The notes under the pieces: generated by a model | The model's database searches: none | What the model was told of the DNA's origin: nothing | What the model saw: the letters and a program-made list of their open reading frames with translations, nothing else | Position numbers and translations under genes: made by a program | Source: Schmidtea polychroa | Taxonomy: Eukaryota | Assembly: GCA_044892525.1 (NCBI GenBank) | Contig: CM097888.1 | Span: 8,990,001-9,054,000, forward strand | Direction of reading: 5' to 3' | Length of the DNA: 64,000 nt | Part shown: positions 63,900-64,000 of the stretch, piece by piece | Layout of the letters: each line of letters begins with the position of its first letter | Position numbering within the stretch: the stretch's first letter is position 1

Positions 63900-64000
63900 A
63901 GAGGGGCAGACGAAGCCACCAGGCTGGGCCAAGAAGAAGAGATCACCCGCATAAGGTCTCGGTGGATATGGTACAAGATCCATGACTGGACCTACCAAAA
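63900..64000 (+). pseudogene. Second IWxKIHxW-family gene fragment (truncated by the window end)
   Basis: EEEITRIRSRWIWYKIHDWTY aligns with ITRLRTRYIWFKIHEWNQ at about 40560-40615. Confidence 0.6.

Overview
AT-rich eukaryotic (animal) genomic DNA with six N-gaps, GT-AG introns of about 46-56 nt, and (TAA)n/(TA)n microsatellites. This resembles a triclad flatworm or a similar AT-rich invertebrate; the taxon is an inference. There is no CRISPR array, rRNA, tRNA or prokaryotic operon. Host-type genes read from the sequence: the 3' exons of a REEP/DP1-family gene (3.1-3.7 kb); an intronless 413-aa orphan ORF (28.3-29.6 kb); a 9-exon secreted flavoprotein-fold gene resembling carotenoid phi-ring synthase (CrtU)/amine oxidases but with eroded FAD-binding motifs (31.3-38.3 kb); and a 2-exon Bcl-2-family gene with one in-frame TAG (39.6-40.1 kb). 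Most of the rest is transposon-derived. It includes two IS630/Tc1 DD34E elements (one split by a young, internally deleted Ty3/gypsy element), an intact DD35D pogo (Passer-like) element, a piggyBac that interrupts a Polinton-type DNA polymerase B relic and itself carries a hAT MITE, another hAT MITE, a solo LTR, a Helitron end, and LINE/hAT relics. The most unusual signals are: (i) a family of small uncharacterised accessory genes (a TWFS-motif coiled-coil gene and an IWxKIHxW/AT-hook gene) recurring at about 40.5, 51 and 61.5-64 kb around the PolB relic; (ii) a twice-repeated two-hairpin module with conserved stems; and (iii) the secreted CrtU-like pseudo-enzyme. All family assignments come from motif recognition by eye, not from database searches.
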